A stretch of DNA of 64,000 nucleotides. Source: Macrostomum lignano. Its lineage: Eukaryota. Shown here piece after piece: positions 1-12,500 of the stretch; the stretch's first letter is position 1; every line of letters starts with the position of its first letter. The notes under the pieces were generated by a model. The model did no database searches. It worked only from the letters and a program-made list of their open reading frames with translations, and had not been told where the DNA came from. Location of the stretch: the NCBI GenBank assembly GCA_002269645.1, contig NIVC01000995.1, positions 186,001 through 250,000 of the forward strand, in the 5' to 3' direction. The position numbers and the translations under genes are program-made.

Positions 1-269
1 TCTTCTCCTAGCCTGCAAATCGGAATTCCCAGACGCGTCTTTGAATTGATCTTCTCCCAAATCCAGTCTGGAATTCCGGGCTCGAGTCCTGAACGCGCCT
101 TACATTTCCTTTTCTAAATTTTTGCAAATCATCTTTTTTTTCGATTTTTCACCGAAGCCGGTTCGGCGCACCCCCCCCCCCAACCCCAGGTCACTGATGA
201 GGTAATTGAAAATCGTTTTGAAAAAAAAAATCGGATTAAAAATTCTTTTAAGGAAGACATGAAAAGATA

Positions 270-1445
270 TGAGAGAGACAGAGCACGAGACACAAGGTGG
301 GGAGACAGAGAGAGAGCGGGAAACACAAGGTGGGAGACAGAGAGAGCGGGAGACACAAGGTGGAAGACAGAGAGAGAGAGCGGGAAACACAAGGTGGGAG
401 ACAGAGAGAGAGGGAGACACAAGGTGGGAGACAGAGAGAGAGAGAGCGGGAGACACAAGGTGGGAGACAGAGAGAGAGGGAGACACAAGGGGGGAGACAG
501 AGAGAGAGCGGGAGACACAAGGTGGGAGACAGAGAGAGAGAGAGCGGGAGACACAAGGTGGGAGACAGAGAGAGAGGGAGACACAAGGTGGGAGACAGAG
601 AGAGAGAGAGCGGGAGACACAAGGTGGGAGATAGAGAGAGAGGGAGACACAAGGTGGGAGACAGAGAGAGAGCGGGAGACACAAGGTGGGAGACAGAGAG
701 AGAGGGAGACACAAGGTGGGGAGACAGAGAGAGCGGGAGACACAAGGTGGGGAGACAGAGAGAGAGGGAGACACAAGGTGGGGAGACAGAGAGAGCGGGA
801 GACACAAGGTGGGAGACAGAGAGAGAGAGCGGCAGACACAAGGTGGGAGACAGAGAGAGAGGGAGACACAAGGTGGGAGACAGAGAGAGAGAGAGAGAGA
901 GAGGGAGACACAAGGTGGGGAGACAGAGAGAGCGGGAGACACAAAGTGGGGAGACAGAGAGAGCGGGAGACACGAGGTGGGAGACAGAGAGAGAGAGCTG
1001 GAGACACAAGGTGGGGAGACAGAGAGAGCGGGAGACACAAGGTGGGAGACAGAGAGAGAGGGAGACACAAGGTGGGGAGACAGAGAGAGAGGGAGACACA
1101 AGGTGGGGAGACAGAGAGAGCGGGGGACACAAGGTGGGGAGACAGAGAGAGAGGGAGACACAAGGTGGGGAGACAGAGAGAGAGGGAGACACAAGGTGGG
1201 GAGACAGAGAGAGAGGGAGACACAAGGTGGGGAGACAGAGAGAGAGGGAGACACAAGGTGGGGAGACAGAGAGAGAGGGAGACACAAGGTGGGGAGACAG
1301 AGAGAGCGGGAGACACAAGGTGGGGAGACAGAGAGAGAGGGAGACACAAGGTGGGGAGACAGAGAGAGAGGGAGACACAAGGTGGGGAGACAGAGAGAGC
1401 GGGAGACACAAGGTGGGGAGACAGAGAGAGCGGGAGACACAAAGA
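270..1445. repeat. Minisatellite, ~31-33 bp unit GGGAGACACAAGGTGG(G)GAGACA(GA)n
   Basis: Tandem array visible directly. All ORFs spanning 100-1607 are translations of it. Confidence 0.97.
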
Positions 1446-2244
1446 CAGCAAAATCTTACCCGTTTCAACTTCATGAAAGGCCGGGAGAGAAAGTTAATCA
1501 TTGCAGGCTACAATACTAAGCTCAGGTTTAAATACGCGTATATAAGTTTGTCGATTCGATCGAAATTGCGACTCCGCGGGGAGAGGGGCCGGGAGGAGGA
1601 GCTGTAAGACGCTGAAGTCGCCGCCGACCTCAGAGACCTCAGAGGGCTCAACTGCCTCTCTAGTCGCAATCTGTCCGAGCTCTACCGCCGCCGCTGCTCA
1701 AGGATCCGACCCTGCTGCGCTAGCGAATCTATTTTCTTTAGCTAAGATATTCTCCGTCCCACCCTATTTCAGCAGACTGCCAGACGGAAGGGAGAGAGAG
1801 ATATCGGCAAGGGCCGTGGCGCCTTCTCAGCTAGATCGTTGGGGATCTACAGGAAGGGAGGTAAGGCGAGTCACATCGGCCCGCACATGGCCAACCCCCG
1901 GTCCTGGACCAGAGTACACCGCGGAGAGGGGAGTCCGTGAGGATGGGAGAGTCGCCGAGAAGGCAGAGAGACGAGAGGAGAAGAGGCTGGCAGATGCGTG
2001 TGTATGCAGACTGTGAGAGGCCTCATCCCAGCCAAGCAGAATGGCTAAAGGGGGAATGGGATAAACGGTGAGTGTGTGCTTGGGATAACTGGCTACATAA
2101 TGCGGCATGATTTGCTGCTCCCCTCCCCTCCGGGCAGCAATTGCTTGGCCTTGTTTGAGGATGCCTGGGCGGGGATAGCGGAACAGCTCTGGTGCGGCTT
2201 CAAGCATGCAGTCAGGGCCGCTTGTTGCCTCAGTCCGACAAGTG

Positions 2245-2440
2245 CTGTTTTACTGTTTTGCTGTTTTGCTGTGTTTGTTGTTTTGCTGTTTTACTGTTTT
2301 GCTGTTTTGCTGTTTTACTGTTTTACTGTTTTGCTGTTTTGCTGTTTTGCTGTTTTGCTGTTTTGCTGTTTTGCTGTTTTGCTGTTTTGCTGTTTTGCTG
2401 TTTTGCTGTTTTGCTGTTTTGCTGTTTTGCTGTTTTGCTG
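2245..2440. repeat. 8-bp microsatellite (GCTGTTTT)n
   Basis: Seen directly. Confidence 0.95.
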
Positions 2441-3019
2441 TCGGGAAAGCAAGCTTTGCTAGCTCCACTGAATCGCGGCAGTGTCCCCAGCAAAAAACCC
2501 AATGCATAATTTACACCGCTGGCCAAGTGATAGCCCCCCCCCCCCTGCTTAAGCTCAATGCGACCGTTCGAGAGCCGCTTGGGAGTTGCCGAGTCGACCG
2601 TCTCCCCTTTCCCTTGACCCGGCCAATTTGTCGGGGGCCTTCGGCAGCGAGGAAAATTGAAGCAGAGAGCCGCCGAGGGGATGTGGGAGCCGGCCAGAAA
2701 AGAGGAAGGAGAAAGTGGAGAGGGCGATAAATCATGTCGGACTGTCAGGAGGTCGGGAGCCGAGAGGGTTTCAGGGGTGAGTCCGGGTCATTCTTCACAC
2801 TGCATTCAAAATATTCCCCACCCCATCCCCAGTCAGCTCGGAGAAGAGAAATGAAAACGTCAATCAAATAACCGGGAGGGAAGAGCATTTTGTTTGTCCT
2901 GCATAAATGCGCTGGATGCGAAGTCAGTTTCGGTTCCAGAAATGGAAAGCAATACTAGACGAGGCTGTCGGAATTGTAAAATAATTATCAGCTCAGCCCA
3001 GCTCTCGTTTACAGATTTC

Positions 3020-3570
3020 AGTAACTCAGCACCACACACTGTACACCTGACACAACTCAGCACCCGTCACTGTACACCTGACACAACTCAGCACCCCACA
3101 CTGTACACCTGACACAACTCAGCACCCCACACTGTACACCTGACACAACTCATCAACCCACACTGTACACCTGACACAACTCAGCAACCCACACTGTACA
3201 CCTGACACAACTCAGCAACCCACACTGTACACCTGACACAACTCAGCAACCCACACTGTACACCTGACACAACTCAGCACCCCACACTGTACACCTGACA
3301 CAACTCAGCACCCCACACTGTACACCTGACACGACTCAGCAACCCACACTGTACACCTGACACAGCTCAGCACCCCACACTGTACACCTGACACAACTCA
3401 GCAACCCACACTGTACACCTGACACAACTCAGCAACCCACACTGTACACCTGACACAACTCAGCAACCCACACTGTACACCTGACACAACTCAGCAACCC
3501 ACACTGTACACCTGACACGACTCAGCAACCCACACTGTACACCTGACACAGCTCAGCACCCGTCACTGTC
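3020..3570. repeat. 31-bp minisatellite ACTCAGCAACCCACACTGTACACCTGACACA, ~17 copies, intronic
   Basis: Seen directly. Begins ~10 nt after the CEP170-like exon-6 donor. Confidence 0.95.
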
Positions 3571-3577
3571 CAATTAC

Positions 3578-6500
3578 CCACCATCGCAGCATCGGTCGTG
3601 GAGTCCGTGGACGAGCCTGCGCCGGACAGACAGTCAGACAGGCAGCTGCCGACATCCTCCTCGAAGTCGCGGGCGCCCGGCTGGCCAGCTCCGTAGACGT
3701 CGTCGCGGTCGCGGCCCGGCAGGGTGTAGGTGCCGGTGTCGCTGTGGGCGTAGCAGGAGGAAGCCGGCCGAGCCTGCTGAAGCTCCGGCAACTCCGCCGC
3801 ATTCGACAGATCGACAGCTTCGGCGGTGGCCACTTCGCTGGCGTCGCTGTTGAACAGGCGCTCAAATAGGAAGCGCTTGGACCCGGCCGGCAGCACAGGA
3901 GGCGGGGGATCCGGCTGTGTCGGAGGCGGAGGCGGTGGGGGTGGCGGCGGCGCCGTCCGTTTGAGAGGCGGCTGGCTCGATCGGCGAGCGGCGGCCGGAG
4001 TCTGCGCTGGCGCTGGCGCGGCTCTTGTCGCCGGCGCCGCCGCTGCCGCCGCCTTTTTTAAAACTGGTTGCGTCCGGCAGCGAGCGGATGCGGAGGCGGA
4101 TGCGGAGGCGGATGCGGAAGCTGGGCGCTGACGCACTGACGCTGTCGAAGATGAAGACGAGTGAGTGCGCGCCGTTTTCAATGCCAACGCCGTTTGCTGA
4201 TTTGCTTTCGTCTTCTGCTGCTTTGGCTGCTGCTTTGGCTGCGGCAATTGCTTCTTCTGTGATCGCCCGCTCGAGAAAGATCCGCCCAGTGAGGCGATGG
4301 CGGCGGGACTCCTGCAGGTTCAGCGTTAACTCCTTGATAAATTAATATATAAATATTCTCACGCTGACGGCAATTCTGCGCATTCCACTGACTTCTGAGC
4401 ACCAGCGCGCCAATACTGTACGGTACAGCGCGGCTCTGACTTTCTAATCCTGTCAGACATGTACACTCTCTGTCTGTGCCTTGGGGGGGGGAATCGAACC
4501 AGGGGTCGCCACGCGAGAGTCAGACGCTGCCCTGCACCTCGGAAACCCCCTCAGCTACCTGGCTGACGGCCTGCTCGCCGCCTGAGGCTGCTGCTCAGTC
4601 TGCGCCCGCTGCAGCCGCTGTCGGAGCTCCTCGAGCCGTCGCTGTTTGGACTGCTCGCGCTCCTGGAAGCTGCGGCGGATCCGAGGCGGCATTCGGCTGC
4701 TCTGCAGGTCGGTGGTCATGGCCGTCTCCGACGAGCCGCCACCGCCGCCATCGACGTTGGCTTCAACGATCTCGTCGCTGTCAAAGGTGATCATAAACGC
4801 CTCGGCCTGCTTGGGCGGCGGCGGCGGTGGCGGCGGCGGCGGCGGCGGCGGCGCTGGAAACTCCTCTGACTCCATCGGCCGTTCCGGGACGCCATCAGGC
4901 TCGGGTTCTTCGTCGACCTCCATGCCCCACCAGGCTGGCTGGCCGAACAGCTCTGCTCAAGATGTTCGGAAAGGCGGGTTTGTTAGTTAATTTTCAGGGG
5001 GGAGGGGGCTGTGGGCGCTGCCGCTAGTCATGGGCAGCGAGGAGGCAGACACGCGCTCACACGGGGTGTACAGCTGCCCTGACTCTCTCATCGTCAAGGG
5101 CATGTACACACTCTGTGCCTTGGGGGTTGGCCGTCATGAGCGAAACTCCCTCTGACCCAATCGCAGGCCAACTAATGCGCACAGAATCGAACCCCGGCAC
5201 CTAAACCTTGACTTGAGACATGGGGGCCTCAACCGAGAATTCAATACTGAGTGCCTCAGAGTCAACATGTGCCTGAAATAGAGGCACGGCTTGCTAGAGA
5301 GATAGTTTAAGGCCAGACATGTAATTAGCTCTTCTGAGCTCTGTCCCACCTGAAGAGGCAATCCGTAATAACAGGAGCCAAGACTGAAACTCTCTCCTAG
5401 AAGAAGAAGGCTGCTTGCAGTCAGCCGCGTCAAGGGCTATAAGAGTTGATAATGACAGGCAAATAGGCAGGTGACTTGCACGGCATCCCTTCGCATCTCC
5501 CAACGCGTAGCATCTTTATCTCGCCTCATCTAATTTTCCCCCGAAGAAAATAACCCGCCGCCTAAATTAGCTTTTTCTTGTCCTGAAGGCTCGGTGCGAG
5601 CTGCTCAGGCAATTTGAGGCGACAAGAGCTGTCATTTGTACGGTGGTTCGGTAAGCCGCTGGCTAATCACTGCAATCACCATTATCATCCTGTTCGTCAG
5701 GGCTGATGTAGGCGGGGGCGGGTGAGGCCAAAATACTAAAATATGCGCAATCTTAATTAACTACACCGGGCAGAGAAAATTTTATGAAATCGCAGAAAAT
5801 TAACCTCGAATTTTTCGCCTTCGAGTGGCTTCGTTGGCAACCGTCATATTTGAGTCGGTGGACACCCTTGGCTGATCGTCTGGACAGGCAGCAGCGGACA
5901 CCCTCGACTGGCTGTCTGGACAGGCAGCAGCGGACACCCTCGACTGGCTGTCTGGACAGGCAGCAGCGGACACCCTCGACTGGCTGTCTGGACAGGCAGC
6001 AGCGGACACCCTCGACTGGCTGTCTGGACAGGCAGCAGCGGACACCCTCGACTGGCTGTCTGGACAGGCAGCAGCGGACACCCTCGACTGGCTGACTGGA
6101 CAGGCAGCAGCGGACACCCTCGACTGGCTGTTTGGACAGGCAGCAGCGGACACCTTTGATTGGCTGTCTGGACAGGCAGCAGCTGACACCTTTGATTGGC
6201 TGTCTGGACAGGCAGCAGCGGACACCCTCGACTGGCTGTCTGGACAGGCAGCAGCTGACACTTTTGACTGGCTGTCTGGACAGGCAGCAGCTGACACTTT
6301 TGATTGGCTGTCTGGACAGGCAGCAGCGGACACCTTTGATTGGCTGTCTGGACAGGCAGCAGCGGACATCCTCGGCTGACCTTCTCGACCAGAATCCATG
6401 GTCGCCATGGACTGTCCCATCGAATAGGCGGCCTCGGACACAGTCGACGACTTTCTATCGGGTTCCTTGCTAGCTGGAAGCTGCTTGCTTTTAATTTCAA

Positions 6501-9500
6501 ACTCTGCTGCCCCAGAATCCGTATTGAAGTTTAGCAGCTCCTTCTCGTGATAGGTGCAGAGCCTGTCTCTGTCCAGCCGGCTCCAGTCCAGGTTGCTGTC
6601 GCTCACGCAAGCCTACGAATGAATAATTATGAATATTATTATATGAATACGAGTAATTATAATGAATATGAATATGCTTGCGGTTATAAATATAAATTGA
6701 CGAGAAACAAAGATTTTTTGTAAAATTTTAAAGGGCTGGTTTTACCAAAAAATACATTACGGAGAGATAAAATGTTTTCATTTTTTCAGCACGAAAATTG
6801 TTATTGCAATTGATGGGAGGCAGACCCAATGTCCAGCTTTTGATATGTCTGGCCTTTCTCATAGTTCTGTGGATTTTCATAGACCTTCTAGTTTATAAAA
6901 TAAGGATTCTATGCTAATTTCATATCCTACATACATGTCCTGTGTCTGGAAATCATAAAAATGGCGTGACTCATCGGCTTTATTAATATGATTTTGACTG
7001 CGTTGTCAATACAGTAATTATTACGTAAGTTGATAAGATTATGAATTTGAATATTATTTAAACACCCAAATTTCCATTGGCCTTTTTAATCTATAATCTA
7101 TATGATATTTTAGATTTAAAAATGAAGGGGTTGTAGCCTAGTGGTTAGAGCATTGGACTCACGACTGAAAGGTCGGAGGTTCGATTCTCGACCCACTCGA
7201 AACAACTTGTGTCCTTGAGCAAGGCACTTAACTCCGCATTGCTTCAGTTCACCCAGCTGTAAAATGGGTGCCAGCATTAGCTGGGGTAATTGAGGCTGTG
7301 TGTGGCGACCCCCCAGTCCTTGGACTGAACAGCCGTACGCAGCCTTCAGATGCGCCGCGCAATAGCTGCGGCTGAGCTGTCGGTTGCCCATCTGCCTAAT
7401 CAATTATTATTATCAATTATTATTATATGACATTATACGGTATATTATTAAACATTTACATCTGATAAGCGCTTTGTTTGGCTTGCAGTACTCAGTTAAT
7501 GAAGCCACACTTGCCATTCACTCGATAGATAGTGAGATAATAAAGCACAAATACACTATGTCAACCATGTTTGACGACATGACACCGTCAGGACTCCATA
7601 CTAGCTACTCACTAGTAGGCTAGTTAGCAAATTAAAATCGCTTCAGTCAAACAGCTGAGTAGGCCGGGCAGGCACGCAGTTTACCGAATGACTCACAGCG
7701 GGGAAATCCCTTTAGAGAAAGGCTACAGGGCGACAGTTGGAAGAAATGAACTCTGCTGCTCAGGCTGTGACTCACCCGCATGGCTACTTGGGGGGGGGGG
7801 GCTTCAAGGGAATCCGCAGCCGTGCACAAAAGGGAAGAAAAGTGCAAATCAGTCTGTAGCAGCAGCAGAGGAAAAATGAGTCAGGAACAGCAGAAGCAGA
7901 AACACGGGTGACGCATCCGGAATGCGAAGGGTGCAACGGGGCCGGCTGTTGCCGTCAGGCCGAGTGAAGTGACGCATTCTGCTTTCGGGAATTTGCGCTA
8001 CACAGAAACTACTGATATTGTGGAACAATCTGGAGCGCAAACTCATTTTTGAGAGCGGACTGCTTCTAAGAAACCCCAGCATCAGGATTGGAGCTTTTCG
8101 AATTACGGATAATGATAATAATAATAATTGATTACACCTGCCCCATGGGCAGATGTGCAACCGACAGCTCAGCCGCAGCTATTGCGCAGCGCATCTGAAG
8201 GCTGCGTACGGCTGTTCAGTCCAGGGACTGGGGGGTCGCCACACACCCTCAACTACCCAGCTAATGCTGGCACCCATTTTTTAGCTGGGTGAACTGAAGC
8301 AATGCAGAGTTAAGTGTCTTGCTCAAGGACACAAATTGTTCGAGTAAGACCGGGAATCGAACCCCCGACCTTCAAGTTGTGAGTCAGATGCTCTAACAAA
8401 TAAGCTACAACCCCTTCGCATTAGGTAGCAGAGTGAGTTTTTATAAGCAGACTGAAAGGAAATAAAAGACTCAAATCAGAGCTTGTATCGAAGTCAGAAT
8501 CAAGATCAAATCTGCGCCTTGCGGCGGGCAGGGCCTGTCAAGAAGGAGGTCCTCTTAAAGCTGTGTATATAATTAATAAATACTTGCCGGACATTGTCCC
8601 ACAATCAGCGCTGTGAGGCAGTTCTGCCCATTTCGCTGACTCCTGAGAACACATACAATCGCGCCAATACTGTACGCAGGCACGCACCCCATACACACGC
8701 TCGCACAGGGTGTGAGTCGCACGACAACCCCAAGCAACCCGCCTTATAGTGATAAAAATCGTTTAATCTATAGTCTATGGCCCAAAGATAATGGATTTCA
8801 CACCACAGGTTTTTAAAGTTGTCGGCTTATTGCGTCACATTTTAAAAAATTGAAATGAACTAATTGCTTTTTCAAGACTGGTGTCAAGACAAGTTAACCT
8901 ACAGATGTGACGGTTCACACTAAATTCCTAGGCTCCTTCTTTTCTAGTGGAACGATAGTCTATGGCCAAACCTCACTAAAAAACGAAGCCTGAGAACTCA
9001 AAACGAGGCCTGTTAACCGGTTAACAGGCCTAAGAACAAGGCCTGAGAACATTTTAGAACGACTATAATTTGTCAGTCAGTCCATTAGAAGTATAAACTA
9101 TCAACAGCAGTAAAGACCGATTCATTCTTGCCGATTTACTCGAACATGATTTCTACGGTGTTATAGACACGACATCTTGCTCATTGGTCCGCCCATTGGA
9201 CTCCACGGCTCCTCCGGCGTGTAGAGCGTAGGTCATACGCGAATGATCCTTGACGTCTAGCCGTATGTACCTCTCTATTGCGTTGGACGAATGTCCAGTG
9301 ACGCGGGCTATATCGTCCCTAGCCAGTCCAGCCCGATGCAACCTGCTGGCACAAGTCTTCCTTAGAGACTGGTTTGAGAATTTACCATCCGTAGACACGG
9401 GTTTGGTGATATTCGCCACAATTGGAGTCGAGAGTATGCCGGCCGATAGGTAGACACAGATAGACCGCAGGCGTCTCCATGAAGCAGTTTGGTTTGCCTC

Positions 9501-12500
9501 TCCTGAAACCAGTCGTCAAATTGCTTTAGTGCCCATCGTTCCTTCCGGCGTGTCGATTCCGGCACAGCAGCGTCAATCCTTTCAGCAACCTCGTTATCGG
9601 ACAGTAAAGCAAATCCAGAAGCCTCGTTTTCTCTCAATTCAATGTCATTCAACCAGTCGAAAGCGAGTTCCAAGTCGTGTTCCATGATTCTCAGTTCTCT
9701 CTGATTTCCTCTAGCTGCCCAAACCAAACCTTTCTCGCTTTTAATTTAAGCATCGAATCTTTTACTTTAATTTTTGTCTATGGTTAAATGTGGGGGGGCT
9801 GCGCCCCCCCACACCCCCGCTTTTGACGAATACCTCACTCCCACTCCCAGTCGTTTCCAATATCTGTAGATTAAGTACGATCTTTGTCTGTTCTTTTGGT
9901 GTCTATGGCAGAAAGGCCGAGGACGCAATTCTAAGGCCTCGGCTTCGCCTCGGCCTGAGAACAGCGTCCTCGGCCTTTCTCTGCCATAGGAACCAAAAGA
10001 ACAGACAAATATTATATACTTCATAGCATATTACTCAATAACATACAAAAATTTTATTCAGCTTTAAAATTAGTCGAATTCACAAAAACCCAGTGAGCCT
10101 GCAGTCTGTCTAAAAATGAGAGATTGAGGAAATGTTTTGTTACTCCAAGCTGGCTCCGATTCCTGCCTTAACTACGCGGTAGTTTGAGAATTAAGCGTGT
10201 GAGTCATCGAGGCAAGAGAGCGAAACAGGTCTAAGAATGCGACGCAAAGTTCGTCAATCTTTTTCAACTACACCTGTAGCATTTTGCAGCATCGAGTAAA
10301 ATATGTAAGTACAAGCTGGCCAAGAAAACTAATTAGAAACTATATCCAATTAGGTAAAGGCCAAGCCAGTTGGGTGACCGGGACCAATACTTCACTATTC
10401 GGTTGCTAGAAAATCGCCAGTAAACTACGAGTAAAAATTGCACCTCCACAAAAAACTGAGGTACAAAAAACTGTGTTTCATATTTTCGTCTGGCGCTGTG
10501 GCCGGCTAGATCGGTCAGACAAGCGGGCATCTTGGAACTTTTCTGGCTTCCTGTAGTTGCTACCTGCCCCCCCCCCTCACCGCCAGGCTAAATTTAGCCC
10601 ATGCGTTCAGGACAGGGTGGGGCCTCCTGGCCCTGCGCCTCAAGGATTTTCGCTCCAACGGAGACGCAAAAGGCAAGAGAGACGCGATTCATACAGCCGG
10701 ACAGGACAGATGGAAAACTGTGCATTCTGTGCTGTGCTGTACTATTGCATACTGCCTCTCCTGTGCTGCCCATTCTCGAAGATTCCTAACAACAAAAGCC
10801 ATTAATTACTCGATTCTTTTTGCAACTGGTTTCTAATGCAGTTCAGGGAGACGAATACCTGGCAACACATGTACTAAATATGATACAAATTTTTTTACGG
10901 TTCCCCAGAATCCTACCAGATCCCTCAGAACCTTACCAGATCCCTCAGATTCCTCAGAACCCTACCAGATCCCCCAGAACCCTACCAGATCCCTCAGAAC
11001 CCTACCAGATCCCCCAGAACCCTACCAGATCCCTCAAAACCCTACTAGATCCCTCAGAACCTTACCAGATCCCCCGGAACCCTACCAGATCCCTCAGAAC
11101 ACCAACAGATCAATCAGAACACTAGCAGATCCCTCAGAACCTTACCAGATCCCTCAGAACCCTACCAGATCCCTCAGAACCTTACCAGATCCCTCAGAAC
11201 CTTACCAGATCCCTCAGAACCCTACCAGACCCCCCCCCCCAGAACCTACCGGATCCCTCAGAACCTTACCAGATCCCTCAGAACCTTACCAGATCCCTCA
11301 GATTCCTCAGAACCCTACCAGATCCCCCAGAACCCTACCAGATCCCTCAGAACCCTACCAGATCCCCCAGAACCCTACCAGATCCCTCAAAACCTTACCA
11401 GATCCCTCAAAACCTTACCAGATCCCCGGAACCGTACCAGATCCCTCAGAACACCAACAGATCCCTCAGAACACCAACAGATCCCTCAGAACACTAGCAG
11501 ATCAATCAGAACACTAGCAGATCAATCAGAACACTAGCAGATCAGAACACTAGCAGATCAGATCAGATCAGAACACTAGCAGATCAATCAGAACACTAGC
11601 AGATCAATCAGAACACTAGCAGATCAATCAGAACACTAGCAGATCAATCAGAACACTAGCAGATCAATCAGAACACTAGCAGATCAATCAGAACACTACC
11701 AGATCAATCAGAACGCTACCAGACGTTTCACTCACTGGGCACTCGGCAATGACGGTGACTCCGCCGCGGCAGTTGCGGGCCCAGGCGGGCAAGTCCCTGA
11801 CAACTGACACATCCGACTCGTAGGCTCCGGAGTCCTCGGATCGCTTGCGCCGGACGCTGACTGCCGGTCGCCGTTTTGCGCCGTCGCCGCCGTCCCGCGG
11901 GCTAGCGGTCAGGGCGGCCGCGTCTGGCGAGAAGCGCACCAGCCGGAGCACGTTCGAGTCGTAGCCAAACCGCAGCGAGTCTCCGCTCTCTAGAGGGACC
12001 GGCGTCTCCTCCGGTATTCGAGACTCGTTCACGAATGTCTGCGGGTTATTTGTGGAACAGAGCTTTTTACATGACATTTTTAACACGAAACACCAGACCC
12101 CACCCTCTGACTTTACCCCGTTGACGCTGCCCAGGTCTTGAATGACGTGCTGCTGCAGCCCGAAGTCGAATGACAGCAGCGCGTGCTGCGGATCGACGCT
12201 GTGCGACTGAAATAAAAAATTATTGATAGTTCGTAGTATTCTTGCAACTTGCAACTTGTTCTTCTGTCAACAAAGACTATCAACTGAAGTGTTAAAGTGT
12301 TATGTTAACAATATAAAAAAGTACGCAACTCGTGAATTAAAGACACTCACCTTCACTAAAATGTCGCACGACTGCCCGCGGCCAATTAGAGTGGACACGG
12401 TCTTGCCGAGCCAGGTCCGTCTGGACAGACGGTCAACGGCGCACCAGATGGACTGTGCGGCTGCATCCTTCGCAGCGCTGCGGCCTGGTCGGCTGGAGGT

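Noticed and set aside
100-1607. Several 400+ aa ORFs on both strands
   Set aside because: They are open in nearly all frames because of a GA-rich minisatellite.
1446-2240. Possible gene or retroelement in unique-looking blocks (also 2440-2820, 10300-10750, 22250-22560, 56470-57160, 60060-60420)
   Set aside because: No recognisable protein motif or termini, so I cannot support a call without a repeat-library search.
7127-7194. Functional tRNA gene (also the heads at ~52930-52983 and ~61870-61931)
   Set aside because: The cloverleaf is incomplete and runs into a repeated body and tail, so these are SINE heads.
12039-12116. In-frame read-through (VKSEGGVWCFVLKM..) within the FHA domain
   Set aside because: It is a 78-nt GT-AG intron. 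Removing it restores the conserved NG-TFVN motif.
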